Shown here: positions 12,775 to 25,100 of the stretch, piece after piece
How the letters are laid out: every line of letters starts with the position of its first letter
Numbering within the stretch: position 1 is the first letter of the stretch
Assembly (NCBI GenBank): GCA_030390025.1
Contig: CM059432.1
Coordinates: forward strand, 41,294,001 to 41,358,000
Source of the DNA: Squalus acanthias
Taxonomy: Eukaryota
Direction of reading: 5' to 3'
Length of the DNA stretch: 64,000 bases
Notes under the pieces: model-generated
Seen by the model: only the letters and a program-made list of their open reading frames with translations
Database searches by the model: none
What the model was told of the DNA's origin: nothing
Translations under genes and position numbers: made by a program

Positions 12775-13631
12775 GGGGGTGATTTTGTCAATGGGGGCAC
12801 GTTGGAGGCGGGACTGCTGCTTGTCGGGTTTCAGTCCCGCCTCCATCGACTTGTGGCCAACCCACGCTATTTTCCCTTGATTGACCTTGTTAAGCCCGCC
12901 CAGCGGGCTTAGCAGGCCAATTAAGGAGAAGCCGGTTACAGAGAACGTCAGCGTATGACGTTTCATCCGTCAAAAATTTTTGACAGATGAATTGACATCG
13001 TTTGACAGCTTTGAGAAGCTGTCAAACATTGACATTCTCTGTTGTTTGGTGAGTTCTTGTACTCAAGGCTCACCAAAACTCTTTTGTGAGCAGAAAGCAG
13101 ATGGCTGTTGCATCGGAGAATGCAGCAGCCATTCTGTCATCTCTGCCGTGGAGATGCCGGAGCCTCCGCATCCCCAACGATTGAAGCCTGCAGGAAGAAA
13201 CAAAGGTAAGGAAACTTTTTCTATCACTTTTCACTCACCTCACATACTTACCTCTCCACACTTGCACCCATCACTCACCTCCACAGCGCACTTTTGGACC
13301 CCTCCAACCCCCGCAGACCCACTGCTCACCTCGGAGACCCTGGCGGGGTTTCCCGACATCGGGAAGCCCGCACCTCTCCTGGAAAAATGGGGATAATCCT
13401 CTTAACTGCCTGTTAACTACCTGTTAACAGGCAGTTAAGTGGCTGTAATCCCCTTCCCGCTTCCAGGAGACGGGACCCGGCGCGGGTCGGGTACCCACCT
13501 CCTGGGAAGATGGCATGGAGGCAGGTTGGGGGTGGGGTGGGTACCCGGTGGGTACCCGCCCCCAGATTTTGCCATTTTCCCGGCAGTCCCGCTTCCAAAC
13601 CTGCCTCCCCAGGGCTGGCAAAATCGACCCC
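12775..13631. mobile_element. Harbinger-type MITE (857 bp) with 3-bp TSD ATT
   Basis: TIRs GGGGGTGATTTTGTCA and TGGCAAAATCGACCCC (13/16 match). ATT at 12772-12774 and 13632-13634. Several internal hairpins. Confidence 0.85.
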
Positions 13632-13681
13632 ATTGTAATTACATCCTCCTCCATTATAAATGTAGATATAGGAATTTATAA

Positions 13682-14969
13682 TAAGGTAAAAAATCACGGG
13701 ATTGGGGGTAATATTCTGGCATGGATAGAGGATTGGCTATCTAACAGAAAGCAAAGAGTTGGGATAAATGGTTCATTCTCAGACTGGCAATCAGTAACTA
13801 GTGGTGTTCCACAGGGGTCAGTGCTGGGTCCCCAACTCTTCACAATCTATATTAACGATTTGGAGGAAGGGACCAAGTGTAACATATCAAAATTTGCAGA
13901 TGATACAAAGATGGGAGGGAAAGTAGTGAGTGAGGAGGACATAAAAAACCTGCAAGGGGACATAGACAGGCTAAGTAAGTGGGCAGAGATTTGGCAGATG
14001 GAATACAACACTGGAAAGTGTGAGGTGATGCACTTTGGCAGGAAAAATCCTAGAGCAATTTATTATCTTAATGGCAAGAAACTGGAGAGTACTGAAGTGC
14101 AAAGGGATCTGGGGGTCCTGGTGCACGAAACTCAAAAGGTTAGTATGCAGGTGCAGCAAGTGATTAAGAAGGCAAATGGAATGTTGGCTTTCATTGCTAG
14201 GGGGATAGAATATAAAAATAGGGAGGTATTGCTTCAGTTGTACAAGGTATTGGTGAGACCGCACCTGGAATACTGCATACAGTTTTGGTGTCCTTACTTA
14301 AGGAAAGACATCCTTGCTCTCGAGGCAGTGCAAAAAAGGTTCACTCGGTTAATCCCGGGGATGAGGGGGTGGTCATATGAGGAGAGGTTGGGTAGATTGG
14401 GACTCTACTCATTGGAGTTCAGAAGAATGAGAGGCGATCTTATTGAAACATATAAGATTGTGAAGGGGTTGGATCGGGTGGATGCGGGGAGGATGTTCCC
14501 GATGACGGGTGAGACGAGAACTAGGGGACATAGTCTTAGAATAAGGGGCTGCTCTTTCAAAACTGAGATGAGGAGGAACTACTTCACTCAGAGGGTGGTA
14601 GGTCCATGGAATATGCTGCCACAAAAAGCTGTAGAAGCTACAACATTAATTAAATTTAAAACAGAAATAGACAGTTTCCTGGAAGTAAAGGGCATTAAGG
14701 GTTACGGGGAGCGGGCAGGAATTTGGACATGAGTCTAGGTTCGGATCGGTCATGGCCCTGTGGGTAGTGGAGCGGGCCCAGGGACTGTGTAGCCTGATTC
14801 TGCTCCTATTTCGTGTGTGCAATTCTGTTAGATGCAGGAGATGGTTCTGTGATAGATAGTAGATTGGCGGTTAGGATCAGATCAGCCATGATCTTATTGA
14901 ATGGCGGAGCAGGCTCGAGGGGCCGATTGGCCTACTCCTGCTCCTATTTCTTATGTTCTTATGTTCTTA
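13682..14969 (+). mobile_element. Young 5'-truncated CR1 LINE (C-terminal RT, 3' UTR, (TTCTTATG)n tail)
   Basis: Open RT frame with GVPQGSVLGP and FADD to the stop at 14732. Almost identical to the reverse complement of 22933-24220. Confidence 0.95.
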
Positions 14970-15581
14970 AATATAAAAATAAGGACAAAATTTATGAGTT
15001 TAAAATAGCGACTGAATTACATCTGTGAGTCCTGATATTCGCACACATAGGCCGGAATTTTCCTGTTGCCGTGCGTACGAGTTTGGAGGCGGGTCAGCTG
15101 TAAAAATAGCAAAAATATGCAGTGCATCGGGAACCTGCTGTCATCCTGCCTCCTCGCACCTTTAACTCGGGCTTGTTTGCCGATCGGGAGAGGCGGGCGA
15201 CCTCATTAAACTCATTAAATGCTTGTTATCAGACCCTTAACAGGGTTTTTAACTGGAGCTTCTGAATTTAACGGCATAAGCACGGGAAGCACGCAGCTTG
15301 GGAACCCCGCCTGTGAAGGGGAGGCGGAAGTTCAGTGGCCATTGTGTGAGGGCATTAATTGACAGCTGGAAATACCAGATAAATACACATACCATACAAC
15401 TCATTAGTTGCCTAAGGGAAAGGCTGTTGATGACTCATTTTGTGTACAGATTTAGGTTTCTGGAGTTTGCAGGTCATTTCTACAACCTCGGAAGCCACTC
15501 TCACTACATTGCTACTCACTATCACAACATTGAGAGATTGGCCCTCTGATCACTACTTGACCTGCCATCTACGACATCAGC

Positions 15582-16782
15582 ATGGGTGCCACTTATACTG
15601 TCTCACTTTGGTCCTCAGAATCGGACCAAGATGAGCATCAACACCAGCCACACCAGCAGCAGCAGCAGCAACCGCAACACCAGCCTTCTTCTCAATGACC
15701 TGATGCTCCACAGCAGAGAGGGGGGCACCACAGGGCTGCAGCACGCCGGAGGCGATACCCCCAACACAGGGTATACAGGCAGAGGATGAGCTTCCTCGAC
15801 ATGACTGAGCAGCAGTGCTTCAGGAGGCTCAGGCTATGGCGCCAGGTCGTCGCAGACATTTGTAGCTTGCTGAAACAAGACCTGCAGCCCAGAGGACCTG
15901 GTGGACACGCCTTACCAGTGGCTATCAAAGTCACCACCGCCCTCAACTTCTTCGCCTCAGGCTCATTCCAGGGATCTGCAGCAGACATTTGCAGGATTCC
16001 CGCAGTCGGCCACCCACAGATGCATCACCCAGGTCACTGATGCCATGTTTCACAAGTCAGCCAATTATATCAACTTTGCCACTGATGAAGCCAGTGTTAC
16101 TGAGCGGGCGCTCAGCTTTGCAGCTCTGGCTGTCTTCCCACAGGTGCAGGGCGTTATTGACTGCACAAATGTGACCATGAAGGCACCCCCGCATCACCCA
16201 GGAGTGTTTGTGAATTGCAAGGGCTTCCACTCCCTCAATGTGCAGCTCGTCTGCAACCATAAAAAGATCATCATACATGTGTGTGCCAGATTCCCTGGCA
16301 GCTGTCATGACTCTTTTGTCCTGTGCCAGTCCACCCTCCCTCAGCTCTTCGCACCTCCAAATAGACTTACCGGCTGGCTGCTTGGAGACAAGCACTATCC
16401 ACTGAAGATATGGCTCATGACACCCCTGAGGAGGCCAAGTACCGAGGCCGAGGAACGTTATAATGAGAGCCACATCTCCACCAGATGTGTAATAGAAAAA
16501 GCAATAGGCATGCTGATGATGCGCTTCAGATGCCTTGAAAGATCTGGAGGAGCCCTTCAGTACGCACCAGCCAGGGTCTCCAGAATCATCATTGTCTGCT
16601 GCGCGCTGCACAACACAGCTCAGCAGTGAGGATTGGAGCTGCAGGAGGAGCATGGTGCAGAGCGCACAGCCTCTTCAGAGGAGGAGGAGGAGGAGGAAGC
16701 TGAGATGCACATGCCACCAGCAGCGACGCACATTGCTACCCGGGAGACCCGGGATGGCCTCATCATGGCCAGATTAACTTAA
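15582..16782 (+). pseudogene. Harbinger DDE transposase pseudogene (HARBI1-like family)
   Basis: ATG at 15582, in-frame TGA near 15696, frameshift near 16000, TGA at 16627 and terminal TAA at 16780-16782. Motifs: [58 protein letters not shown]. Confidence 0.92.
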
Positions 16783-17099
16783 CTTGCTCCAATGCAGGCA
16801 CATGCCTGCCACATGCTGTACTAAGTCCCCCTCCCGCCCCCCACCCACAACACCATAAAGCATCCCTACAATGACCAAGCCATTGCTCTCACTCAAAGGT
16901 CCAATGTTCGAGGTTAAATAGTGTCTCACCATTCGCTCCAAGTGACAAAGCCACTTCCAAGGTTTGACGCAAAAATAGACAAGTTTCGAAAGTGATGCAA
17001 GGAAAAACATTTATGTGTGTAATCAAAACAACTGAAACTTCGCACTAACATTTGTTGATACACCCATGTTCTTACCCTTGTGCATCTACTTTTGTGTCA

Positions 17100-18952
17100 G
17101 TTTTCATTTCTGCGTGGTTCTATGAGGTGCAACCCCTGTGGCTTCAGCAGATGTAGAGGCAGCCTGCTCACTTCCCTGCTGCGACTGCATAGACACTTTT
17201 GGCGGATGTCCTCTGGGTTTTGAAGCCTATGATGGCCCCGCCAAAGTCTGCTCCTCCTGTGTCTGTGCAGGGGCAAACTTGGCCATCGGGATCCAAGGAA
17301 GCATCTGGAGCTCTGACTGAGGGAGAGGCAACGGGTGAGAATTGGGAGCACTTTGAGAAGAGCCCCCATTTCCATGTCCCCTCTCACTTTCATCCCTCTC
17401 ATGGGCCACCCACACTTCCCTGCTAGCAAGGAGCTGGAGAGCACCTTGCTGCACAACAGTGGGGCGATGAAGGCCCAAGTCAATGTTTACATCTCTCCTA
17501 GAGAGGAGGTCTATGAGCGCCTGCCATCTGTTGTCCACAGCTAGCATGTGCTCATGTGAGTGGCACATTTGCTGCTCCTTGCAGGTGGCCATCATTTCCA
17601 TGGAATAGCACATCGTCACCATCGCCTGCGACATGGTGGTGCTCATGTTGGTGATTGACTCCTCCATTCTCTGAACATTTGCAGACATCGTGGCTGCAAA
17701 AGATGCCAGAGCCTCATGCAATTGTTGCTGCCCCTCCAAGATCATCCTCTTTCTCAATGGCCTCAGAGGCTCAGCATCTGCATGCAGTTCAGCAGAGCTT
17801 GGAGCGTCCTGCGCCCTCCAGCGAGGAGTCACCACTGCTGTCCCCGTCAACACCATCTGCTCTTGCTCACTTGTGAATTGTGAGGCACCAGGTGACAACT
17901 GTACTGTATGGCGCAAAGGACCCACCGAGGACCCACAGTGCATATCTGCGCAGATGCTGGGTGGGCTTGGGTCTGCTGACGGTGCACCCTCAGAGGCTGG
18001 AGTCTCCTCTGAGGAGTCATCTTCTTCCTCCAGCTGGACAGTGGGGGGGTCAGTTTTGGACCTGTGGGAGAGTAACGAGATGAATTAGAAGTGTTGTAAT
18101 AAGAATGGGTAACGTTACCATTATGCACATGATGACATTTCACTGGCTGCTGACATGAGTCACCATATGGGTGACTGTTGTATATCATGTGGCTTTATGA
18201 GATGTGATTCTGTTAACAGGGATGTGCTCCTCTCTCCATCTCCCACCACCAGTGTCTCTCGAGCTCCAGAAATTTCCAGAGCCGCCTCCTCTGCTGCTGT
18301 CAGATGTGCAATGACCGGAGGGCCACCTTTGGTCTCTCCCTCTCCCTGTTGTTGTGATCTCTCTTCTCTGGCAAGGAGGGAAAGAAGAGAAGTTTGAGTG
18401 AGAGTGATGGAATGAGTGTAATGAATGGATGGGTTACATCTGTAGAGGGTGACTATGAGGGAGTGGGTTGCCAATGCCAAATGGCCACCTTCTGTGGTGT
18501 TACTTGGTATGATTGCATTAGGATGAGGGTGAGTGTAAGGGGTGGTTAGTCAGATGGTGATGTGAGTATGTGCATACAGAGAGAGGGATGGGTGGACGTG
18601 CAAGGTATGTTGATGTGAGTAATGATGTGCAGGAGTAGGCTTGGGAAGGCAGAATGATGGGGATGTGTTGACAGGCACTTCAGGATGAGGGTGAGTGTGG
18701 TACTGCACTCACCTTTCCTGACCTCATGAGATCATTGAAGCGCTTCCTGCACTGTATCCAGGTCCTCCTGACCACATCCCTGCTGCTGACCTCCTCAGCT
18801 ATATTCAGCCAGGCTCTCTTTGTTGCTTGTGGAGATCTCCTTTGCGTGTCAGCAGGGAAGAGGACCTCCCTCCGTGCTCTGACAGCCTTCACAAGAGTAT
18901 GCAAGAAAGAATCCGAGAACCAGGGTGCAGCCATCTGCCTTTGGCTATCCAT
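17100..18952 (-). pseudogene. Harbinger #1 Myb/SANT-like DNA-binding protein gene (3 exons, degenerate)
   Basis: Exon 1 (18952-18713) reads MDSQRQMAAPWFSD...AWLNIAEEVSSRDVVRRTWIQCRKRFNDLMRSGK then GTGAGT. Exon 2 starts near 18367 (TKGGPP..HLTAAEEAALEI) and is frameshifted. Exon 3 starts near 18061. Confidence 0.85.
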
Positions 18953-19384
18953 GTTTCAAAAGTTTTATCTCTCCTGTGGCCTTTTCTCCACACTTTTCAT
19001 CCTCCTCTGGAAACCTTCAAGTGAGTTCAGTGCAAGGCTGCTTTAAATATGCAAAGTGATTATTTGCACGGCATTTTTTGACTCCCTCTGCGCATGCGCG
19101 CCTGTTTTGCGGACTCAATCCGGTCGCGCATGCACAGTACGATATATGAGGAAGCTGGAAGTAGGGCCGAACCATGTTGGTGAGACTAGAGCTGCTGCCA
19201 TTGCCACCTGCCTTGTCTGCTGCTCGAGCCTGAGCCTTCTACAAGGGATTTTGGGTTATCTTTCGAAAATCAATGACTATACTAAAGGAGCCTCCTGGAC
19301 TTTTGCCTAGAATACCGCTGTGATTATCTACACGAACATTTTCGTGGCCTTCTGAGAAAGAGAGGAAATCAGGGGTGGTGATGG

Positions 19385-19700
19385 TGGGAGAGAGAGTGGG
19401 GCAGAGAGAGAGCGAGTGGGGCAGAGAGAAAGAGAGTGGGGTAGAGAGAGAGAGGGGGCAGAGAGAGAGTGGGGTAGAGAGAGAGAGGGGGCAGAGAGAG
19501 AGAGAGAGAGTGGGGCAGAGAGAGAAAGAGAGGGGCAGAGAGAGAGGGACAGAGAGAGAGAGAGAGACTGGGGGAGAGAGGGGGAGAGAGAGAGGGGAGA
19601 GAGAGAGAGAGGGACAGAGAGAGAGACTGGGAGGAGACAGAGAGAGAGAGGGGACGGGGAGAGAGGGGATCGGCGGGGAGAGAGAGAGAGGGAGGAGAGG
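19385..19700. repeat. (GA)n / purine-rich low-complexity tract
   Basis: Directly visible. Confidence 0.9.
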
Positions 19701-20012
19701 AGGGGAGCGGAGGTCAAGAACTCAGGGAGAGAAGGTCAGGAACTCGGTGGGGTGGCGGGGGGGTAAAGAGTACAGAGAGCACAATGGGGATAGTGGAAGA
19801 ACGTGATCTAGGTCTAAAGGGGGGGGGATGAGAGCGAGAACGTGATCCAGATGGTAAGATGGATCACATTCTTCCAACCCCACCCCCTTTACACCTACAC
19901 CACATTCTCCCTCTCCTCCCCCTACACCTGGTTGATTTCTTGGAAAGCTCGGTGCGTGTGTGGCAAGTGATATCATTGAACTGGGCGAAATCCGGAAGTC
20001 ACGACACTGTCA

Positions 20013-20285
20013 CATAGAAACATAGAAACATAGAATTTAGGAGCAGGAGTAGGCCATTCGGCCCGTCGAGCCTGCTCCGCCATTCAATACGATCATGGCT
20101 GATCATCCAAATCCAGTACCCTGTCCCTGCGTTAATCCCCACAGTACACATATCCCACCCTACCCCCGTAACCCCACGTATTTAATTCCCCCTAACATAT
20201 CCCATCCTATCCCCATAACCCCACATATTTAATCCCCCCTAACACTAAGGGTCAATTTATCATAGCCAAATCAACCTAACCCACA
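20013..20285 (-). mobile_element. 5'-truncated HE1-like SINE
   Basis: Near-identical to the reverse complement of about 63180-63450. (CATAGAAA)n tail. Confidence 0.85.
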
Positions 20286-20390
20286 CTATTCACTTCATAC
20301 CCAATAAACCTGTTAACAATCCGTGACACACATACAATGCCCCATCTATGGTGGGGTGGGAGGGAAGGTCAGGAACTTGTTAGGGGAGAA

Positions 20391-21027
20391 GCCTTTATTA
20401 CAAGAGGATTTGATTATAAGAGTAAAGACGTCTTACTGCAATAATATAGGGCCCTGGTGAAACCATACCAGCAGTACTGTGTGCAGTTTTGGTCTCCTTA
20501 CCTAAGGAAGGATATACTTGCCATAGAGGGAGTGCAACGTAGGTTCACCAGATTGGTTCCTGAGATGGGGGGATTGTCCTATGAGGAGAGATTGAGTAAA
20601 CTAGGCCTGTATTCTCTAGAGTTTAGAAGAATGAGAGTTGATCTCATTGAAACATACAAAATTCTTACAGGGCTTGACAGGGTAGATGCAGGGAGGATGT
20701 TTCCCCGGGCTGGGGAGTTTAGAACCAGGGGTCACAATCTCAGAATAAGGGGTCGGCCATTTAGGATTGATACGAGGAGAAATTTCTTCACTGAGGGTGG
20801 TGAATTTTTGGAATTCTCTACCCCAGAGGGCTGGAGAGGCTCAGTCGTTGAGTATATTCAAGACAGAGATCGATAGATTTTTGAATATTAAGGGAATCAA
20901 GTGATATGGGGATAGTGCAGAAAAGTGGAGATGAGGTAGAAGATCAGCCATGATCTTATTGAATGGCGGAGCAGACTCGAAGGGCCAAATGGCTTACTCC
21001 TGTTCCTATTTATTATGTTCTTATGTT
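20391..21027 (+). mobile_element. CR1 3' fragment
   Basis: YCVQFWSPYLRKDILAIEGVQRRFTRL..., CR1 3' UTR and TTATG tail. Removing it restores the host repeat unit GGAGAAGGTCA. Confidence 0.9.
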
Positions 21028-21514
21028 AAGGTCATGAATCTGTGGGGGAGGAACTTGGGCAGGGGGAGAAGGTGAGGAACCGGTGGGGGGCGGGGGAGGG
21101 GAGGTGGTGAGGGAAGAAGGTCAGAAACTCGGGCAGGGGGAGGTCAGGAACTTGGGCGGGGGGGAGAATGTCGGAAACTTGGGAGGAGAAGGTCAGGAAC
21201 TTGGGCGGGGTGGGGGAGGAGGTCAGGAACTTGGGGGGTGGGGGCAGGATATTGTTTGGTGGTGTGGAAGAAGGTCTTAACCCGCGAGGGTGAGCGCTGT
21301 CTTTTCCAAGTGAGCTCTGTTCTGTCTGGAGTAGGCAGTCAGAATGGCTTGAATTACACTTTGTAAAGTAACTGATTACGTAGGCAGGGAGGATCTAATT
21401 ACACATTCCAGAGAAACTGCTGGGTGTGTCTTCTCCTCCAAGGGGACCAATCAGCAATCAGGACTTGTCATCCAAGGGGACCAATCAGAGCTTTAGGTGC
21501 TGCAAATAAACACG

Positions 21515-21793
21515 TTAAGGTGATTGGCAGAAGAACCAAAGGCGGCATGAGGAAAAACTTTTTTACGCAGCGAGTGATTAGGATCTGGAATTCACTGCCT
21601 GAAAGGGTGGTGGAGGCAGATTCAATTGTGGCTTTCAAAAGGGAATTGGATAAGTACCTGAAGGAAAAAAAATTGCAGGTGTACAGGGAAAGGGCGGGGG
21701 AGTGGGACTAGTGAAGTGCTCTTGCAGAGAATCAGCACGGGTTCGACAGGCCGAATGGCCTCCTTCTGTGCTGTAACCATCCTATGATTCTAT
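21515..21793 (+). mobile_element. CR1 3' fragment whose (ATTCTATG)n tail is split by Harbinger #2 and resumes at 29287-29296
   Basis: KVIGRRTKGGMRKNFFTQRVIRIWNSLPERVVEADS...; tail reads CCTATGATTCTAT, then the element, then TATGATTCTA. Confidence 0.9.
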
Positions 21794-22151
21794 GGGGTAG
21801 AAATTAGGTCGCGCCCCATTTGGGGCGCAAATATCGTCCGCGCGCAAATATTAGCGCCTGGCGCTAATTATCGGCACTGACAGGAAACTTCACTTTTACC
21901 GCCCCGGGAGGTGAGTGGAGCGCTAAATTAGGCGCTGCACACCTCTCTTAAGGCGCAAAGGCCTAGGAGTGAGGCGCTACCTCAGCGCACGAGCGCAGCG
22001 CAGCTGCTGCCAGTTAGCGAGGGAATACAGACACACTGGCGCCGGACACTTCTTAAAGCGGGGGGGGGCCACTTGCTCCCCAGCCACACCCTGCTCATTG
22101 CAGCCTTGAATCTCAGCCTGGAGAGACCTGTAATCCATTTTGCTGCCAAGC

Positions 22152-25100
22152 ATGGAGAGGGTGAGAGAACGCGCTCATCGCTTCACCGAGCGGGCCTTGG
22201 ATGCTCTGGTTGACGCAGTGGAGCGCAGACGATGCATGCTGTTCCCGGAGAGTGGCAGGAGGCCTTTGCCACGCGAGTTCAGAAGAGTGTGGAGGGAGGT
22301 GGCTCAGAGCGTCTCCTCCAGGAGCATGGTGCCCAGGACCCATGTTCAGTGCCGCAAAAAGTTCAACGACCTCACTCGGGTCGTCAGGGTGAGTGGCTTT
22401 TTCTCAATACCTCTCCATCCCTCCATCTCAACCTCACTCTATGGCCAGAGGGTCTTAAAACCCCAATGCACAACACTCATGCAACACCTATGGCCCTTTC
22501 ATCAAACACACACACACATTCCACACTTTGCATACAGTAAGGGCTATTCACCTATGGGAGGCACATCAGGCAAGACCATGGCTGCATATTGTAAGGGCTA
22601 TTCACCTATGGGAGGCACATCAGGCAAGACCATGGCTGTATATTGACTCAGATGCTGTCCTTTTTCTTGCAGGCTAAGCTGGCTCATAATCGGAGACAGC
22701 AGCAACGGACGGGTGGAGGGCGGCTTCAGCTGCAACCCCTCAGCGATCTGGAGGAGCGCGTCCACAGGATTGTGGCAAGCCGGGTGATCGGTCCCGTCGC
22801 CACTGGGGACGCCGACCCCGTTGTGGACAGCAATGGTAAGGTCATCACCTTTTTGTCCTCTGTCCTTCCACTTGTCCCTCACAATACCAGCCTTTGACAC
22901 TTTCAATCCAACTTGCTAACTCGCTGCACTTATAAGAACATAAGAACATAAGAAATAGGAGCAGGAGTAGGCCAATCGGCCCCTCGAGCCTGCTCCGCCA
23001 TTCAATAAGATCATGGCTGATCTGATCCTAACCGCCAATCTACTATCTATCACAGAACCATCTCCTGCATCTAACAGAATTGCACACACGAAATAGGAGC
23101 AGAATCAGGCTACACAGTCCCTGGGCCCGCTCCACTACCCACAGGGCCATGACCGATCCGAACCTAGACTCATGTCCAAATTCCTGCCCGCTCCCCGTAA
23201 CCCTTAATGCCCTTTACTTCTAGGAAACTGTCTATTTCTGTTTTAAATTTAATTAATGTTGTAGCTTCTACAGCTTTTTGTGGCAGCATATTCCATGGAC
23301 CTACCACCCTCTGAGTGAAGTAGTTCCTCCTCATCTCAGTTTTGAAAGAGCAGCCCCTTATTCTAAGACTATGTCCCCTAGTTCTCGTCTCACCCGTCAT
23401 TGGGAACATCCTCCCCGCATCCACCCGATCCAACCCCTTCACAATCTTATATGTTTCAATAAGATCGCCTCTCATTCTTCTGAACTCCAATGAGTAGAGT
23501 CCCAATCTACCCAACCTCTCCTCATATGACCACCCCCTCATCCCCGGGATTAACCGAGTGAACCTTTTTTGCACTGCCTCGAGAGCAAGGATGTCTTTCC
23601 TTAAGTAAGGACACCAAAACTGTATGCAGTATTCCAGGTGCGGTCTCACCAATACCTTGTACAACTGAAGCAATACCTCCCTATTTTTATATTCTATCCC
23701 CCTAGCAATGAAAGCCAACATTCCATTTGCCTTCTTAATCACTTGCTGCACCTGCATACTAACCTTTTGAGTTTCGTGCACCAGGACCCCCAGATCCCTT
23801 TGCACTTCAGTACTCTCCAGTTTCTTGCCATTAAGATAATAAATTGCTCTAGGATTTTTCCTGCCAAAGTGCATCACCTCACACTTTCCAGTGTTGTATT
23901 CCATCTGCCAAATCTCTGCCCACTTACTTAGCCTGTCTATGTCCCCTTGCAGGTTTTTTATGTCCTCCTCACTCACTACTTTCCCTCCCATCTTTGTATC
24001 ATCTGCAAATTTTGATATGTTACACTTGGTCCCTTCCTCCAAATCGTTAATATAGATTGTGAAGAGTTGGGGACCCAGCACTGACCCCTGTGGAACACCA
24101 CTAGTTACTGATTGCCAGTCTGAGAATGAACCATTTATCCCAACTCTTTGCTTTCTGTTAGATAGCCAATCCTCTATCCATGCCAGAATATTACCCCCAA
24201 TCCCGTGATTTTTTACCTTAAGCAATAATCTTTTGTGTGGCACCTTGTCAAATGCCTTTTGGAAGTCTAAATACACTACGTCCACTGGTTCCCCTTTATC
24301 CACTCTATATGTTACTTCCTCAAAGAACTCCAGCAAATTTGTCAAACATGACTTCCCCTTCGTAAAACCATGCTGACTTTGTCCTATTAAATTATGATTA
24401 TCCAAATGTCCTGTTACTGTTTCCTTAATAATGGACTCCAAAATTTTACCTACCACAGATGTTAGGCTAACCGGTCTATAGTTACCAGCCTTCTGTCTAC
24501 TGCCCTTTTTAAATAAGGGTGTTACATTAGCAGTTTTCCAGTCTGCCGGGACCTTAGCGGAATCCAGGGAGTTTTGAAAAATTATTACCAATGCATCTAC
24601 AATCCCTACCGCCACTTCCTTCAAGACTCTAGGATGTAAGCCATCAGGTCCAGGTGATTTATCCGCCTTGAGTCCCATTATTTTACCGAGTACCACTTCC
24701 TTAGTGATTTTGATCGTGTTTAGCTCCTCTCCCCCTATAGCCCCTGTTTGTCCAGTTTTGGGATATTCTTAGTGTCCTCTACTGTAAAGACTGATACAAA
24801 ATATTCATTCAGTGTTTTTGCCATCTCCATATTTCCCACCATTAATTTCCCGGTCTCATCCTCTAAGGGACCAACATTTACTTTAGCCACCCTTTTTCTT
24901 TTTATATAACTATAAAAACTCTTACTATCTGTTTTTATATTTTTTGCTAATTTACTTTCATAATCTATCTTCCCTTTCTTAATCAATCTTTTTGTTATTT
25001 TTTGCTGCCTTTTAAAGTTTTCCCAATCCTCTGTCCTCCCACTAGATTTCGCTACCTTATATGCCCTTGTTTTTAGTCGAATACTATCCTTAATTTCTTT

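Noticed and set aside
13515..14732. 405-aa ORF as a novel RT fusion gene
   Set aside because: It is a chance read-through from a MITE end into a 5'-truncated CR1, with the junction at about 13682.
16057..16653. Antisense ORFs over transposase and LINE sequences (also 27638-28444 and 41676-42182)
   Set aside because: They are shadow or alternate frames of GC-rich coding sequence with no recognisable domains.
19328..19806. Glu/Arg-rich and Ser/Leu-rich ORFs
   Set aside because: They are translations of the (GA)n tract.
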